From a virus, in the IMG/VR virus record IMGVR_UViG_3300035070_003528, positions 1-64,000 of that record: a stretch of 64,000 bases of DNA; one strand, given 5' to 3'. The position numbers were made by a program, and so were the translations under genes. The notes beneath the pieces were generated by a model, which did not search any database, had not been told where the DNA came from, and saw nothing but the letters and a program-made list of their open reading frames with translations. Shown piece after piece: positions 1 through 10,347 of this stretch (its first letter is position 1; each line of letters starts with the position of its first letter).

Positions 1-929
1 TCGGCAATCAGTTCTTCATTAAAATTATCACCCAGCAACAACGCTAGTTTCTGATTGTTCTGCCACACTGCTCGTTGTGACTCTGTTAAACTTCCACTCA
101 TCATAGCAAACTCGTCTGTCGTAGCTTGTTCGTAATCCCGCAAAACACGCGCCCCAGTTGGTTCGTTGATGTAATGAGCAATAATATCCCACAGACTAAC
201 GTTTTTGCCGTCTACCTCACCCAATGCTTTAGGCGAAAGACGGTCAGGGAATAGGCGATAAGGAACAATGCTGGTTTCCTCATACTTATGAATACCCGGA
301 TCCTTCAACACCACCCCAATCGGGCAGGTGTGGTCTGGATTGTGTTTCAACCAAACGCGCATCGTCGCTTTCTGTTCAAGGCGTTTACTTGCCTCTGGAA
401 CTTTGCGCCCGGTTTTAACACCCTTTTCGCTGCCATCTGGACTGTCGTATTCATCCTGCAAATGGTTAATGATGAAGATGGTTTCAACTCCAAATTTAGT
501 CATCAACTCATCAAGCATACTTACTTCTACCTTGGGAGCGTGACCAAGTTTGCTCATTACAGCAAATTGACCACCGCCGATTACTTGTTTGTACTTTCCA
601 GCACGTTCCAAAAAGTAAGTTGTCCACGATTTAGCAAAGATTTCCCAGCTATCGAAGACAACGACCTTAACGCCATCAAGTTTCTTGAAATCCTCTAATA
701 CAGCCTGTACGAGCGCATGTTCCGGCTTTGGATGCGTAATGTCCTGCAAGATGTGTAGATAACTTCCGTAATGTGCGTAACCACGATTTTTATCACCAAA
801 TGATGGATACGGCTTCACGTCGAAGTTAAATACTGCAATCTCGCTTGGCTTTACGCCCGGTCGTCCCAGTGCGAACGAAGTTTTCCCAACGCCCATTTCG
901 CCAGTCACCTGAATAATACCATTAATCAT
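1..929 (-). CDS. AAA/P-loop ATPase, Sak4/AAA_24-like recombination protein (3' end runs off the window)
   Basis: Not in the ORF track. My translation from ATG at 929 (TAATG overlap with the upstream stop) gives MINGIIQVTGEMGVGKTSFAL (Walker A) and VVVFDSW (Walker B). Confidence 0.75.
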   Translation of the reverse strand, partial: MINGIIQVTGEMGVGKTSFALGRPGVKPSEIAVFNFDVKPYPSFGDKNRGYAHYGSYLHILQDITHPKPEHALVQAVLEDFKKLDGVKVVVFDSWEIFAKSWTTYFLERAGKYKQVIGGGQFAVMSKLGHAPKVEVSMLDELMTKFGVETIFIINHLQDEYDSPDGSEKGVKTGRKVPEASKRLEQKATMRVWLKHNPDHTCPIGVVLKDPGIHKYEETSIVPYRLFPDRLSPKALGEVDGKNVSLWDIIAHYINEPTGARVLRDYEQATTDEFAMMSGSLTESQRAVWQNNQKLALLLGDNFNEELIA

Positions 930-1294
930 TATTCACCTTCTATCCAACGAGATTCGGCCTTAAAAAACGGGTCAACCTCATTTGGTTCAAGCGCAATGGC
1001 AATCCCACCACTACGCTGCCAGTAACGCAATTGGTCATAAGGTCTAGCCGACGCACTAGACATTAATTTAATGACCAACATACTCTGCTTTTGAGTCGCG
1101 CCAAGTTCTTGCATCTTGGATAATCCAGCATACAAAATACTCGCACTGTCTTCCGTCATGAACAAGTCCTCGTCCACGACAAGATACAATACAGCACCGT
1201 TAGCAACGTGTTTCTGAATTAGCGCGTCGGTAACAACCGGTAAATTCATGGCTGTCGCTATGATGCTAAGTGGTTGCTGTAGTTCTTTGATCAC
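929..1294 (-). CDS. hypothetical protein (likely GTG start at 1294)
   Basis: ORF coupled at both ends (GTGA and TAATG overlaps). Confidence 0.6.
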   Translation of the reverse strand: MIKELQQPLSIIATAMNLPVVTDALIQKHVANGAVLYLVVDEDLFMTEDSASILYAGLSKMQELGATQKQSMLVIKLMSSASARPYDQLRYWQRSGGIAIALEPNEVDPFFKAESRWIEGE

Positions 1295-2100
1295 AGGCTT
1301 GCCTTCATTGCGTTTAGATCCGCCATAGTGATGCCAGTGTCTTTCCAATCAGTCAGCAGACTAGGAACTGATTTGCCACCAGCAAGTTCAGCCATAATAT
1401 TCGTCGCGCATTCAGGCCAGTCAGCCGCATCTAGAACCCAACCAGCAGGAACAGGGTAGGTAGCAACTGCACCACCTTCTACTTCAACACCATTTGCGCG
1501 GCAATACTCAACGAGTTCTTCTTTTGTCGAGAACGCTGCTTCAATATAATCATGGTAACGCGGGACAACCGTGTCGTCATCCTTGCGAACAATTACGCCA
1601 TCCTTAAAGCGAACGGTGTCGTACCCAAATGTAGTCTCGTCTTCTGGATTAAATCGAGGATGGCGTTTGCTTGCCAAATGAATCCAAATTGGCGTATCAT
1701 ACATTGCTGATGGAACATTTTGTCGCAATCCATCAGCGAAAATGCCCCACTCGAAAACCGGCTGCATTACACTGTTAACCTTTTCGTTTTTGGCAACAAA
1801 GTACAAATTCCAGTCTTCATCTTGCTTGAAATTGATGTCAACTACGCTGGTGTCCTTAATCAACGTAACACGAAATGCTGCCGCACTACCTTTGTCACCC
1901 ATCGAGGCGGCTTTCTCTTTCGCTTTGGCTACGTCACCATTTTCAACAGCCACGAAACGATCTGCCCGTTCCAATCCTTCTGCAAACGAGAAGAACCCAG
2001 GTGTAACAACCGCCTGCTGAAACTTGCCATATAAACCAGATGTACCGGCTTTGGTGGCCTCATCGAGAAATGCTTCTAAATCAAATACTTGTTCGGTCAT
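1291..2100 (-). CDS. hypothetical protein, possibly ssDNA-binding/recombination partner
   Basis: 269 aa with a strong AGGAG RBS; first gene of the operon containing the Sak4-like ATPase. Function inferred from position only. Confidence 0.55.
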   Translation of the reverse strand: MTEQVFDLEAFLDEATKAGTSGLYGKFQQAVVTPGFFSFAEGLERADRFVAVENGDVAKAKEKAASMGDKGSAAAFRVTLIKDTSVVDINFKQDEDWNLYFVAKNEKVNSVMQPVFEWGIFADGLRQNVPSAMYDTPIWIHLASKRHPRFNPEDETTFGYDTVRFKDGVIVRKDDDTVVPRYHDYIEAAFSTKEELVEYCRANGVEVEGGAVATYPVPAGWVLDAADWPECATNIMAELAGGKSVPSLLTDWKDTGITMADLNAMKASL

Positions 2101-2221
2101 TAAAAAACTCTCCTTAGTTAAATAAAGTTATATAGGAATAATACCAAAACAATTGTTATATATAAATAGGACAAACGGGTTACGTATTGATACTTGACAA
2201 TGTGTTAAAATGGTTATTTAT

Positions 2222-2590
2222 ATGGGTAAAATGAGTAGAGACAAAGGAAAGCGAGGAGAGCGCGAAAGCTGCACAGTCCTCGAACGTATATTAGGCATCA
2301 AACTTCGTCGTTCGCAACAGGTAAAAGGAACGGCCGATTCTGCTGATATTGAACCAGTGGACAGCGAATGGAAATTGCATCCTGAAATAAAGAGAACAGA
2401 GAGCACGATTTCAGTAGCTACGTATAAGGCAATCAAACAAGCGGTTGCCGATTGTGGGGATAATATTCCGTTCGTCATGTCTAGAAAAAATGGTGAAGAT
2501 TGGCTAATTATCATTCGTGTTGATGACCTAATTCCATTTTGTGAAGAAGTGCTAAAAGTAAAGAGCCAGCATACGAAAGGCTGGCTCTAA
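2222..2590 (+). CDS. PD-(D/E)xK Holliday junction resolvase-like nuclease
   Basis: SRDKGKRGERE N-terminus, DI...EIKR catalytic pattern, RKNGEDW. Confidence 0.75.
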   Translation: MGKMSRDKGKRGERESCTVLERILGIKLRRSQQVKGTADSADIEPVDSEWKLHPEIKRTESTISVATYKAIKQAVADCGDNIPFVMSRKNGEDWLIIIRVDDLIPFCEEVLKVKSQHTKGWL

Positions 2591-2609
2591 CAAGGAGGGT
2601 GAGAGAAGG

Positions 2610-2939
2610 CTATTTTCCTCGGAGCTTATTAACCCCAAGCACTACGGTATCCCAAACGAGATGGTATGCGGCCGTAGCACCCGCAAATAAGGTTGTTGCC
2701 AACGTAACTAATTCAGCTACTCCCCCGTTAGCAAAGTCAATCCCAATTACGTTAGTCCAATTAAGCAACAATACGGTTGCGCCAGACAACACCGCTACTA
2801 CAATTCGTTGAGCGGCCGTACTGGTTTCTTCGTCAACTACACCAACGTATTTCCCAAAATACTTCAATAACTGCATGATTACCATAACAACTAATGATAA
2901 CCCTGCGATTGCTTCTGGTGAAAGTCCAATAATTTCCAT
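2610..2939 (-). CDS. holin-like membrane protein
   Basis: 109 aa, three hydrophobic segments, basic C-terminus (NKLRGK). Confidence 0.6.
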   Translation of the reverse strand: MEIIGLSPEAIAGLSLVVMVIMQLLKYFGKYVGVVDEETSTAAQRIVVAVLSGATVLLLNWTNVIGIDFANGGVAELVTLATTLFAGATAAYHLVWDTVVLGVNKLRGK

Positions 2940-2965
2940 GTGTGTTTCTCCTGTTTAATTTATTA

Positions 2966-3220
2966 TCAGTCTCTATTATACTTGATAGACTTCATAGCGT
3001 CAACAATAAATCCATCAGGAACCTTGTAACAAACAACGGCGTAACCGGTGTACCCCTCATTAGCCGGATAGTTCCTGTAACACAATTTGTACATCTTTCC
3101 AATCGCTTCATCTTCATTATAAGAAAGAACAATTACCACATTGTGATTGGTTTCAATTTTGTAACTACCTTGGTAACTAACCTGACGCTCCGCCAAAATC
3201 GAACCTGCATAAATCATCAT
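2966..3220 (-). CDS. hypothetical protein
   Basis: ORF overlapping the phosphoesterase stop; start is uncertain. Confidence 0.45.
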   Translation of the reverse strand: MMIYAGSILAERQVSYQGSYKIETNHNVVIVLSYNEDEAIGKMYKLCYRNYPANEGYTGYAVVCYKVPDGFIVDAMKSIKYNRD

Positions 3221-4191
3221 GAATTCACCTCGCTTACTTGCATCGGTATAAATATTGGTTGATTGCCCCGATCTAGCACAACGCCACAACCGAGTACAAT
3301 TTGCCCGTTATATTGTCTTCCATATGCCATTGCATAGGCGTTCTCGTCAAGTCCACACCCGACATTAAGTGCATACCAATTTGGGCCAAGGTATTTAACC
3401 CCAGGATTAATATGTGTGTGTCCCTGTACAATACTGCGTCCCATTTTTAACGCTCTGTTATATGCCGCATGAGTCCCACCAGTTACGCCGTGTTCGTATG
3501 TAATCCCATCAGCAACCCATGATAAGCCCCATTTCCATCCGTCTGGACTTCCCCAAATTTCTTCAAACGAGCGGATATACCGTTTGGGGATGCCAGATTT
3601 AAAGGCACGACGCATGGGTCGATCATCATGATTACCAATACAAATGTATGCGTCAGGAAAAGCATCGTACCATTTCTGTAATGCAAGCTGGGCCTGCTTG
3701 GCCTCATGTCCAGCAGAATATCCATCTGGATCAGAGTCCCATGCCGAAAGCGCGTGTTCATCAACTACGTCACCAATAAAAACAATGGTATCGCAATTGT
3801 ATTTTTCTCGAACACCTATGCAAAAATCTAAATACGATGGGTGACTAAATGGCTCGTGAATATCTCCAATGACGAGAATGTTATTAGAACCAATAATATG
3901 TTCGTTTACAGTATAAGATTTTACAGCACTATCTTTTTTGACTTCACCTTGAAGCCGAGATAGTTTATCTTGCATATCACTGCCTAACGAGGTTTTGATC
4001 AACACCTGTGGCGTGTTGGCTAGATTACCTACAAATCGGTAAAAACGCTTTCTGCAAGCATTGCCAGTTAACTCTGTGTCGAATGTGTCGTTTACTAAAT
4101 CGGATAAGGTATCCCAGGTGATTTCTTCGTCAGATTGCTTCGTTGTGTAAATAAAAAGATTAATCCTGTCGTTTAATTCGTTGTTATTCAT
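3217..4191 (-). CDS. calcineurin-like metallophosphoesterase with N-terminal extension
   Basis: GDIHEP, GDVVD, GNHD, HG and GHTH motifs. Confidence 0.9.
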   Translation of the reverse strand: MNNNELNDRINLFIYTTKQSDEEITWDTLSDLVNDTFDTELTGNACRKRFYRFVGNLANTPQVLIKTSLGSDMQDKLSRLQGEVKKDSAVKSYTVNEHIIGSNNILVIGDIHEPFSHPSYLDFCIGVREKYNCDTIVFIGDVVDEHALSAWDSDPDGYSAGHEAKQAQLALQKWYDAFPDAYICIGNHDDRPMRRAFKSGIPKRYIRSFEEIWGSPDGWKWGLSWVADGITYEHGVTGGTHAAYNRALKMGRSIVQGHTHINPGVKYLGPNWYALNVGCGLDENAYAMAYGRQYNGQIVLGCGVVLDRGNQPIFIPMQVSEVNS

Positions 4192-4265
4192 AAACTCTCC
4201 TTGTAAGAATTATATCACAAAGAGTACATGACATAAAACGATATATCTATAGCACTAAAGTAATA

Positions 4266-4294
4266 TTGTACGGCCGTGGTGCGGTTGTTATAAT
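4266..4294 (+). promoter_or_regulatory. sigma70-like promoter TTGTAC-17-TATAAT with extended TG
   Basis: ttgtac at 4266-4271, tataat at 4289-4294, 17-bp spacer. Confidence 0.6.
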
Positions 4295-4299
4295 GTTGG

Positions 4300-4360
4300 G
4301 GACATTTGAACACACCTCCATGTAAAACCCCTGTGATAATTTCATGGGGGTTTTCGTTTT
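4300..4360 (+). ncRNA. candidate ~60-nt sRNA carrying an anti-Shine-Dalgarno sequence (CACCTCC)
   Basis: Promoter, no ORF on this strand, CACCTCC at 4313-4319, intrinsic terminator at 4324-4360. Confidence 0.4.
4324..4360 (+). terminator. intrinsic terminator
   Basis: aaaacccctgtga...tcatgggggtttt hairpin followed by a T-rich tail. Confidence 0.65.
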
Positions 4361-4526
4361 AGGCGATTAGTAGACGATTGTTGGTTGATTATGGTATAAT
4401 GGGGTAATTATAAATAAAAGCTCCAGCGGTGCTGATACACCCTAGAGCATGACCGACTAGATTGGATAGCCGATATATAGATGTTAGCGTACTCAACCAG
4501 TCTTGTCAAAGGATTGGTTTTTTGTT

Positions 4527-5609
4527 ATGTATAAGAAGTTTAATGAAACACGTGCCGAAACAATTTTTGTGGACGAATGGATAGAAATGGTTTGGGCAAG
4601 TTCTGTCAAGGATTATTACGAAAGCCTGGGATATGAATACACGGGCTATTTAGATAAATTCTGGGTTCATATAGACGATCTGGTAGCGTCTTCTGGGGTA
4701 TATGTCAATGTTCAATGCCCGGTCTGTATGGAAATCAGAAGTTCTCGGCGAAGTCAAACAAAATATTCTGGACACACTCTATGTAGGGGATGTACGAAAA
4801 TCCTGGATTTAACGAACATTAGATTTGGCAGATGGGTTGCTCTCCACATACACGAGATTGTTAATGGGCAGGTTTATTGGATGTGCCGATGCGATTGCGG
4901 AACAGAGAAGCCAGTTCAAGGAGCTAGTCTAATGAAGAAAAACACAACGTCTTGTGGTTGCTACCGACATGAGTTTTTGTCTTCTAGAACAGGAAAAAAA
5001 AGCCCGGTTTGGGTGGGGCCAATCACTCTCTGTTGCGAACAATGTGGGACGGAGTACGAAGCCAGGGATTCATGGGATGCAAAAAGGCGAAGATTCTGTT
5101 CAAAGGAATGCCAGGGCGTTTGGGCGTCTGAAAATAGAGTTGGGGAAAATAGTGCGAATTGGAAAGGCGGCGATGTTGAACTGAAATGCGAATGGTGTGG
5201 AGAATCGTTTCTTGTGCACCAAGGCAGGGCTAACGAGGCGAGGTTTTGTTCTAATGCATGTGTGGGAAAATGGCGCTCAGAAAACATCATTGGCGAACTT
5301 CATCCAAATTGGGATAGCAGTTTGTCTGATAGCGAAAGATATGTCAATAGGAGTTCTATAGAATATCATCAATACATAAAAGACGTAATGAAAAAAGATG
5401 AATATACCTGCCAAATCTGTGGAGGTACGGAAGACATAGAGGTTCATCATCAATATTCATACGCGCACTACCCAGAATATGCACATGACGTTCGTTATGG
5501 ACTTGTAATGTGTGAATTCGATCACAAGTCGTTTCATAGCTGGAATGGGGGATATAACAAAAGGTGCGAACCGGCAGATTTGGATAGGTGGTTGTACGAA
5601 ACTGCGTAA
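4527..5609 (+). mobile_element. free-standing HNH homing endonuclease with Zn-finger/CxC repeats
   Basis: C-terminal CQICG...EVHH...N-equivalent..C..DH HNH motif; RFG..CRCDCG repeats; FCSxxC fingers. Inserted on the opposite strand next to the tail tube gene. Confidence 0.85.
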
Positions 5610-5611
5610 AT

Positions 5612-5642
5612 AAAAAAGACCCTCATCGCGAGGGTCTTTTTG
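5612..5642. terminator. bidirectional intrinsic terminator
   Basis: aaaaaagaccctc-atcgc-gagggtcttttt between convergent genes. Confidence 0.85.
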
Positions 5643-5649
5643 TTATACT

Positions 5650-6972
5650 TTAAGAGTAGCAGTTGGGAGGGATGTTGTTCAAAAATTCCATCTTTAGAAT
5701 TCCGTCCTCAGCACTATTGATTGATTGCACGTCGACTTCAAGAATTTGCATATCTGAGTCCTCGCCTCGCGAAACTTCACTGTAGTACAACTCCGTAAGG
5801 GATGCTGTCATTTTTTGGAATACGCCAGTCGATAATTTATAAGGCGATGTCCAGGTGGCTACCATTCGATTCGAGCTTGCTCCAGACCAGACCTCATACT
5901 CGCTTTCATCATTAAATAACAACCGCATACTTCCTTCAAGCATATTTGAACCGAAGAAAGCCCCTTGTGGGCCTTGTTGATTTACGGCCGTTCTGTAATT
6001 GCGATTGCCAGCCGTATACGATAGCGTGAGGTCGAGTGCCTTTTCAAAAGGTACAGAATCCCTAGTTAAGCTCAATGTCCACGCAGGCCACACTCGCACC
6101 GCGCTAACCGCTGGTAGGTCTGTCAAGTCGCAAGTTGCGGTCGGGCGACCTTCCCAACTAACTGAACCAGTGATTAGCCCATCTCGCGCCTCGGCTGGTG
6201 TGCTCAACTCAAACTCAGTTACCAGCATTCCTCCAAAAACTCGCATTCTCGAAGTAGCTCCGGCTGACGGATCGCCCATGGATTGAATACTAAATGTCGG
6301 GTTGCTACTGCCGTTAACACTAACGATGTGCTGGAAATACTTGATGCCATTAATGCTAATTGTTGCATCATTATCTGACCATGCGGTGATGCTGCTTGCC
6401 CCAATCGCACTAAACGAAGTTCGTGTATACAGACTACCAGATGAAGTGAAACTAATAATTTCACTCGCGGAGAAACCGTCGCTATCTACCCCCTGAACGT
6501 TAACCCAGCCTGGGGCAGAAGTGCTACCTACATAAATCTGTAGAATAGCCCCGCCATCACCCGGCTGATTAACTAATACAATCGATTTGCTAGTAGCCGC
6601 CGCAACCGGTTCAAGCTCAAGCATACTTGCGCCGTTTGTAGACGGAACCGAGTTACTAGACATGCTACCCAATGCACCGTAGACGATCAAGGGTAAAAAG
6701 TCCATCGTTACATCAAAGGAAAAATCTCCATCAGACCATCGACGACCAACGACTGGACGACGATTGTATCGCGCTCGGCTTCCGGCTCGTCCTTCTGGGA
6801 ATATCGTGGCTTGTCGATCCCATAGATCGGGTGTACCACTTACCGTGATAGGAACCCAAGGGCCACCTTGCCAATAATAAGGATTCGCACTGAGGCTCGG
6901 AGCAACGCCATAAACGTCTTCCCTTGCAATAGCAAGTCCTATGTTGAATGTTGATTGTGGTACACCACTCAT
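5650..6972 (-). CDS. major tail tube protein (with inserted domain)
   Basis: IGLAIAREDVYGVAP N-terminus typical of tail tubes; 440 aa; follows the neck genes. Confidence 0.75.
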   Translation of the reverse strand: MSGVPQSTFNIGLAIAREDVYGVAPSLSANPYYWQGGPWVPITVSGTPDLWDRQATIFPEGRAGSRARYNRRPVVGRRWSDGDFSFDVTMDFLPLIVYGALGSMSSNSVPSTNGASMLELEPVAAATSKSIVLVNQPGDGGAILQIYVGSTSAPGWVNVQGVDSDGFSASEIISFTSSGSLYTRTSFSAIGASSITAWSDNDATISINGIKYFQHIVSVNGSSNPTFSIQSMGDPSAGATSRMRVFGGMLVTEFELSTPAEARDGLITGSVSWEGRPTATCDLTDLPAVSAVRVWPAWTLSLTRDSVPFEKALDLTLSYTAGNRNYRTAVNQQGPQGAFFGSNMLEGSMRLLFNDESEYEVWSGASSNRMVATWTSPYKLSTGVFQKMTASLTELYYSEVSRGEDSDMQILEVDVQSINSAEDGILKMEFLNNIPPNCYS

Positions 6973-7030
6973 AGTTTATCTCCTAATAATTAAAATACTT
7001 AAAGTATTATACATAATTCCTATTTACTAA

Positions 7031-7498
7031 TCAATTAGTTCCCCTGAACTCCCACTGTAGCACAAGGCCGGTATAATCAATGCCCTGCCAATTCAATAAC
7101 CCACCTGCACCATAATTCCAACTACCAAAAACAGCGCGTTGAGCACCTAATGATAACAGGTCTTCCATTACAGCGCGTTCCTGAAACTTCTCTCGGAACT
7201 TACCAGGAAAAGGTAACACGGCATTTTCTAAATACTTAAGCGTCCCACCTTGCGACATACGTTGAGCTACAAAGAGTAACCCAGTAATATTAATGACGTT
7301 CTCCCAGCGATTAGGATGAGCCTTAGTATCTTGTGTACCTTCACTTGGATAAAACACAACGGCCGGTATCACACCAGTCCCAATGCTATCAGGATTTTGC
7401 GCGAAACCATACGCATTTCGGATCCCATCAATCGTTCTGCAATGGGTAGCCAACTTGTCTATTATTCGTTGTTCGGCATCGGCCGTAAAATTCGCCAT
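7031..7498 (-). CDS. tail terminator/completion protein
   Basis: Size, position before the tail tube gene, and a PAVVFYP motif. Confidence 0.6.
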   Translation of the reverse strand: MANFTADAEQRIIDKLATHCRTIDGIRNAYGFAQNPDSIGTGVIPAVVFYPSEGTQDTKAHPNRWENVINITGLLFVAQRMSQGGTLKYLENAVLPFPGKFREKFQERAVMEDLLSLGAQRAVFGSWNYGAGGLLNWQGIDYTGLVLQWEFRGTN

Positions 7499-8394
7499 TA
7501 GAAACTACTCACATCTATTCCACGATAACGACGAAGCGCATCACGAATGTCTTTCGGCCAACTGTCTGCAAGTTCAAACCCACCCATTTGCGGGAAGAAA
7601 TGTCTTGTACCAGTTGGGTTATTCCTAACTTCGTATTGCCAACGAGCCAGTCGCATGGTATTAATTTTAATTTCGTATTCCGGTTCCCAGATTTGAACCA
7701 ACGTACCGCTTGCGTGATCTCGTGCTGTTGTACCATTCATCCCACGGATTACGTGTGTGAAGTTCTCTGGGCTTGCACCGTATCCAGTATCGAGAACATA
7801 AACAAATTCTGTGTCAGAACCGCTTCCAAGTCGCCAAATTTGTTCACTCTTAAACCGTGGCGAAAAACCAATGTCGTTATAACCAGCAGATGAACCTGTG
7901 TACAACGTTGTGTTACTTGCCGCCATGTCATCCAACAAACAAGTTCCGCTGTTTATCCACGCTTCGTTAGTATACTCATAATCACTGCGATAACCTTCAA
8001 TAATATCAGTTACTACACTACGACGAGGCGTACCAGACCAGTTAAGCAGACTACCGCTGTTGTCGCGAATCTCCGCTGTGTTATAAGGGGTTAGGTTCCA
8101 GTTGTCTCCACACCGTAACATCACAGCATCGAGAGATATTGGCTGATCCCCAGCCTGCCCACTTAGACCAATTAGCTCCAAAAACATATTGGGATATTCA
8201 ACAGTACGGCCGTCAGGGGGATGATCGAAATACAACGTTCGTCTTGTTGGAAAGAACTTTTTGCGCGTGAAACGATCTACACCACGAGATGCCTGAATTA
8301 GATAATCACGAAGAATCACATTCAAGCCGCTTGATGTATTATCATTAAAATCGAAATAACTTTTTAGTTCACTGAGACTCGCGTAACTATTCAT
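7498..8394 (-). CDS. head-tail adaptor/connector with inserted domain
   Basis: YASLSELKSY...ASRGVDRFTRKKF N-terminus and PKDIRDALRRYR C-terminus; internal RGMNGTTARDHASGTLV module. Confidence 0.75.
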   Translation of the reverse strand: MNSYASLSELKSYFDFNDNTSSGLNVILRDYLIQASRGVDRFTRKKFFPTRRTLYFDHPPDGRTVEYPNMFLELIGLSGQAGDQPISLDAVMLRCGDNWNLTPYNTAEIRDNSGSLLNWSGTPRRSVVTDIIEGYRSDYEYTNEAWINSGTCLLDDMAASNTTLYTGSSAGYNDIGFSPRFKSEQIWRLGSGSDTEFVYVLDTGYGASPENFTHVIRGMNGTTARDHASGTLVQIWEPEYEIKINTMRLARWQYEVRNNPTGTRHFFPQMGGFELADSWPKDIRDALRRYRGIDVSSF

Positions 8395-8402
8395 AAATAA
8401 TC

Positions 8403-8434
8403 AAAAAAAGGGGATGGCCTGAGTAGACCACCCC
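8403..8434 (-). terminator. intrinsic terminator after the capsid/decoration genes
   Basis: On the minus strand, gggtggtc-tactca-ggccatccc followed by T7. Confidence 0.65.
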
Positions 8435-8465
8435 CACAGGCATATTGCCATTACGATTTTAAAAA

Positions 8466-8864
8466 CTACGCAATCACATCGCTGAGCACAGTCGTGCCGG
8501 TCAATTGAGTTACAGGCACATTACGTTGACCCTGTACTTCAAAAATAACCGTAGCAACTGTGCTGCCCCCAGTATTGTCGTAAGACAGACGATACCAAGT
8601 TGCGCTAGATTGCAGCGGCATACCCCGAACAACCAGTTGAGATGCAACGGGCGCAATACTCAAACCAACTTGTTCAAAGGTGCCATTAGATGCAGCACTG
8701 CGCTCGATGTTAAATACCGTCTGTGCAGAGTTTGCCACAGCCAGTACGTTCAGCCAACGACCAGTCGCGCCAATGTTAAAAGGATTACTGGAACCCCCGT
8801 CTGCGAAAGTTACACCAGACAGAGCCACAGCATATTGGATAGCACTACCATTCATTCCATTCAT
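8466..8864 (-). CDS. capsid decoration/head accessory protein
   Basis: Small beta-rich protein directly after the major capsid gene; GGAG RBS. Confidence 0.55.
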   Translation of the reverse strand: MNGMNGSAIQYAVALSGVTFADGGSSNPFNIGATGRWLNVLAVANSAQTVFNIERSAASNGTFEQVGLSIAPVASQLVVRGMPLQSSATWYRLSYDNTGGSTVATVIFEVQGQRNVPVTQLTGTTVLSDVIA

Positions 8865-8876
8865 TTCATTATCTCC

Positions 8877-10337
8877 TTATGCGCTAACCTTTTGGGCCTT
8901 GAATCTCCAAGGCTCTACAACTGCACCACCTAACCGGCGACGCATGAATAGCGCAACTTTGTTTTGACCAGTCGTGGTAGCATCCATTACTCGTTCCACC
9001 GTCATACCTACACGGTCTGCGATAACATAACCATTGAAATTACCAAAGATCAATGGATATTTATTTACGCCAACGGCCGGAATCGATTCCGATTCGTAGA
9101 ATGGATAACCCAATACGGTCGCAGGTTCACCAGCGCGGATAGCCGGTTCCCAAAGGTATTGACCAGTCGTGTCTTTCAGCTTGCGGATTGCGGCGTGTGT
9201 ACTACGAGTACCCATCAGAATAGCACCGTTGCGATACTGTTGAGGAAGCGAGTAAACCAAGTCAATCAAACCGTCTGCTAACAACGTGCTGGATGCCCCA
9301 GAATTAACTACTGCTACACCAGTTACAGGGATTTCTTCTGCGCCGGATCGTGCGCCCAAAATACCGTAAGGAACGTTCCCGCCCGTACCGGTGATGAAGC
9401 GAACATCTTCGTCGATACCAGCGGCTTCACCAAACAACTCGGCCATCATCTGAATCATGTTAAAAGCACTGTCTTCTAACTGATTCCGGCTCAAGTCAAC
9501 TCGCGCCATCGTGGTGTGAATCGGAATACGTTCCATACCAAATGTCGGATTAGTCAAAGCGGCAGATGCGTCAGATGGATTTTCATCAATCCAGGTCACA
9601 GTCACAGCAGAGGTATAACGATCATCCCCGCCCAACAACTTGGGCCATTCAATAGCATCACGATTGGTCGTAACCTTTCGTGCGTATCGGCGAACAACAC
9701 CAGTGTCAGCGATTTTCTTCACCATCTGCGCCCGATAATCTTCCGGCACTAGATAACCACCAAGTTCACCAGTTGATTCGGCAATAGTAGCTTTGACGGT
9801 CTTGTAATCAATACCATCACGTACGTCTTGTTCAATTTGTTCCGGCAACATGATCATCGTCTTCAACAGATTTTCTTCATTGCCACTCACGCGACCAGTA
9901 CGCACGTATTTCACAAACGCACTTTGCTGGTCAACTCGTTTTTGCTGATAATCACTCCCATACAGGTCTTTGATAAGAGCAGTCGTTGCATCTTTGTCAG
10001 TACCGAATTTCGTAACATACACATTTTTTGTCGTGTTGTTTTGTTCAACATTTTCTTCGGTCGTTTCAAAGGGCAAACGAGCAGCAGTTTTAACCACAGG
10101 TTCAGAAACTTCTTTACTCTCGAACTCAACGGCCGTAGCTGCATCAACAGCCTGTAGCGATTTGATTTGAGAGGTATAGGTTTCAACCTGAGATTGATAA
10201 CTAGCAGCGCGTTCTTGCAGTTTTGCTACTTCATCCATTTTACCGTCAGAGAGTGCAGTATTGGCCTCAGCCAAGACCGTCTTCACAGTCCCTAGCAATT
10301 CGGCTCGTTTTGCAATCAATTCTTTCAGATTCATCAT
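8877..10337 (-). CDS. HK97-fold major capsid protein with N-terminal coiled-coil delta domain
   Basis: GGYLVPEDY, KLKDTTGQYLW, LGYP, FGNF, RRLGG motifs. Confidence 0.95.
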   Translation of the reverse strand: MMNLKELIAKRAELLGTVKTVLAEANTALSDGKMDEVAKLQERAASYQSQVETYTSQIKSLQAVDAATAVEFESKEVSEPVVKTAARLPFETTEENVEQNNTTKNVYVTKFGTDKDATTALIKDLYGSDYQQKRVDQQSAFVKYVRTGRVSGNEENLLKTMIMLPEQIEQDVRDGIDYKTVKATIAESTGELGGYLVPEDYRAQMVKKIADTGVVRRYARKVTTNRDAIEWPKLLGGDDRYTSAVTVTWIDENPSDASAALTNPTFGMERIPIHTTMARVDLSRNQLEDSAFNMIQMMAELFGEAAGIDEDVRFITGTGGNVPYGILGARSGAEEIPVTGVAVVNSGASSTLLADGLIDLVYSLPQQYRNGAILMGTRSTHAAIRKLKDTTGQYLWEPAIRAGEPATVLGYPFYESESIPAVGVNKYPLIFGNFNGYVIADRVGMTVERVMDATTTGQNKVALFMRRRLGGAVVEPWRFKAQKVSA

Positions 10338-10347
10338 TTTCTCCTAA

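Noticed and set aside
288-698. Plus-strand ORFs 288-698 and 328-543, and similar antisense ORFs throughout the track
   Set aside because: They are shadows of well-supported opposite-strand genes (here the truncated ATPase) and lack RBSs or motifs.
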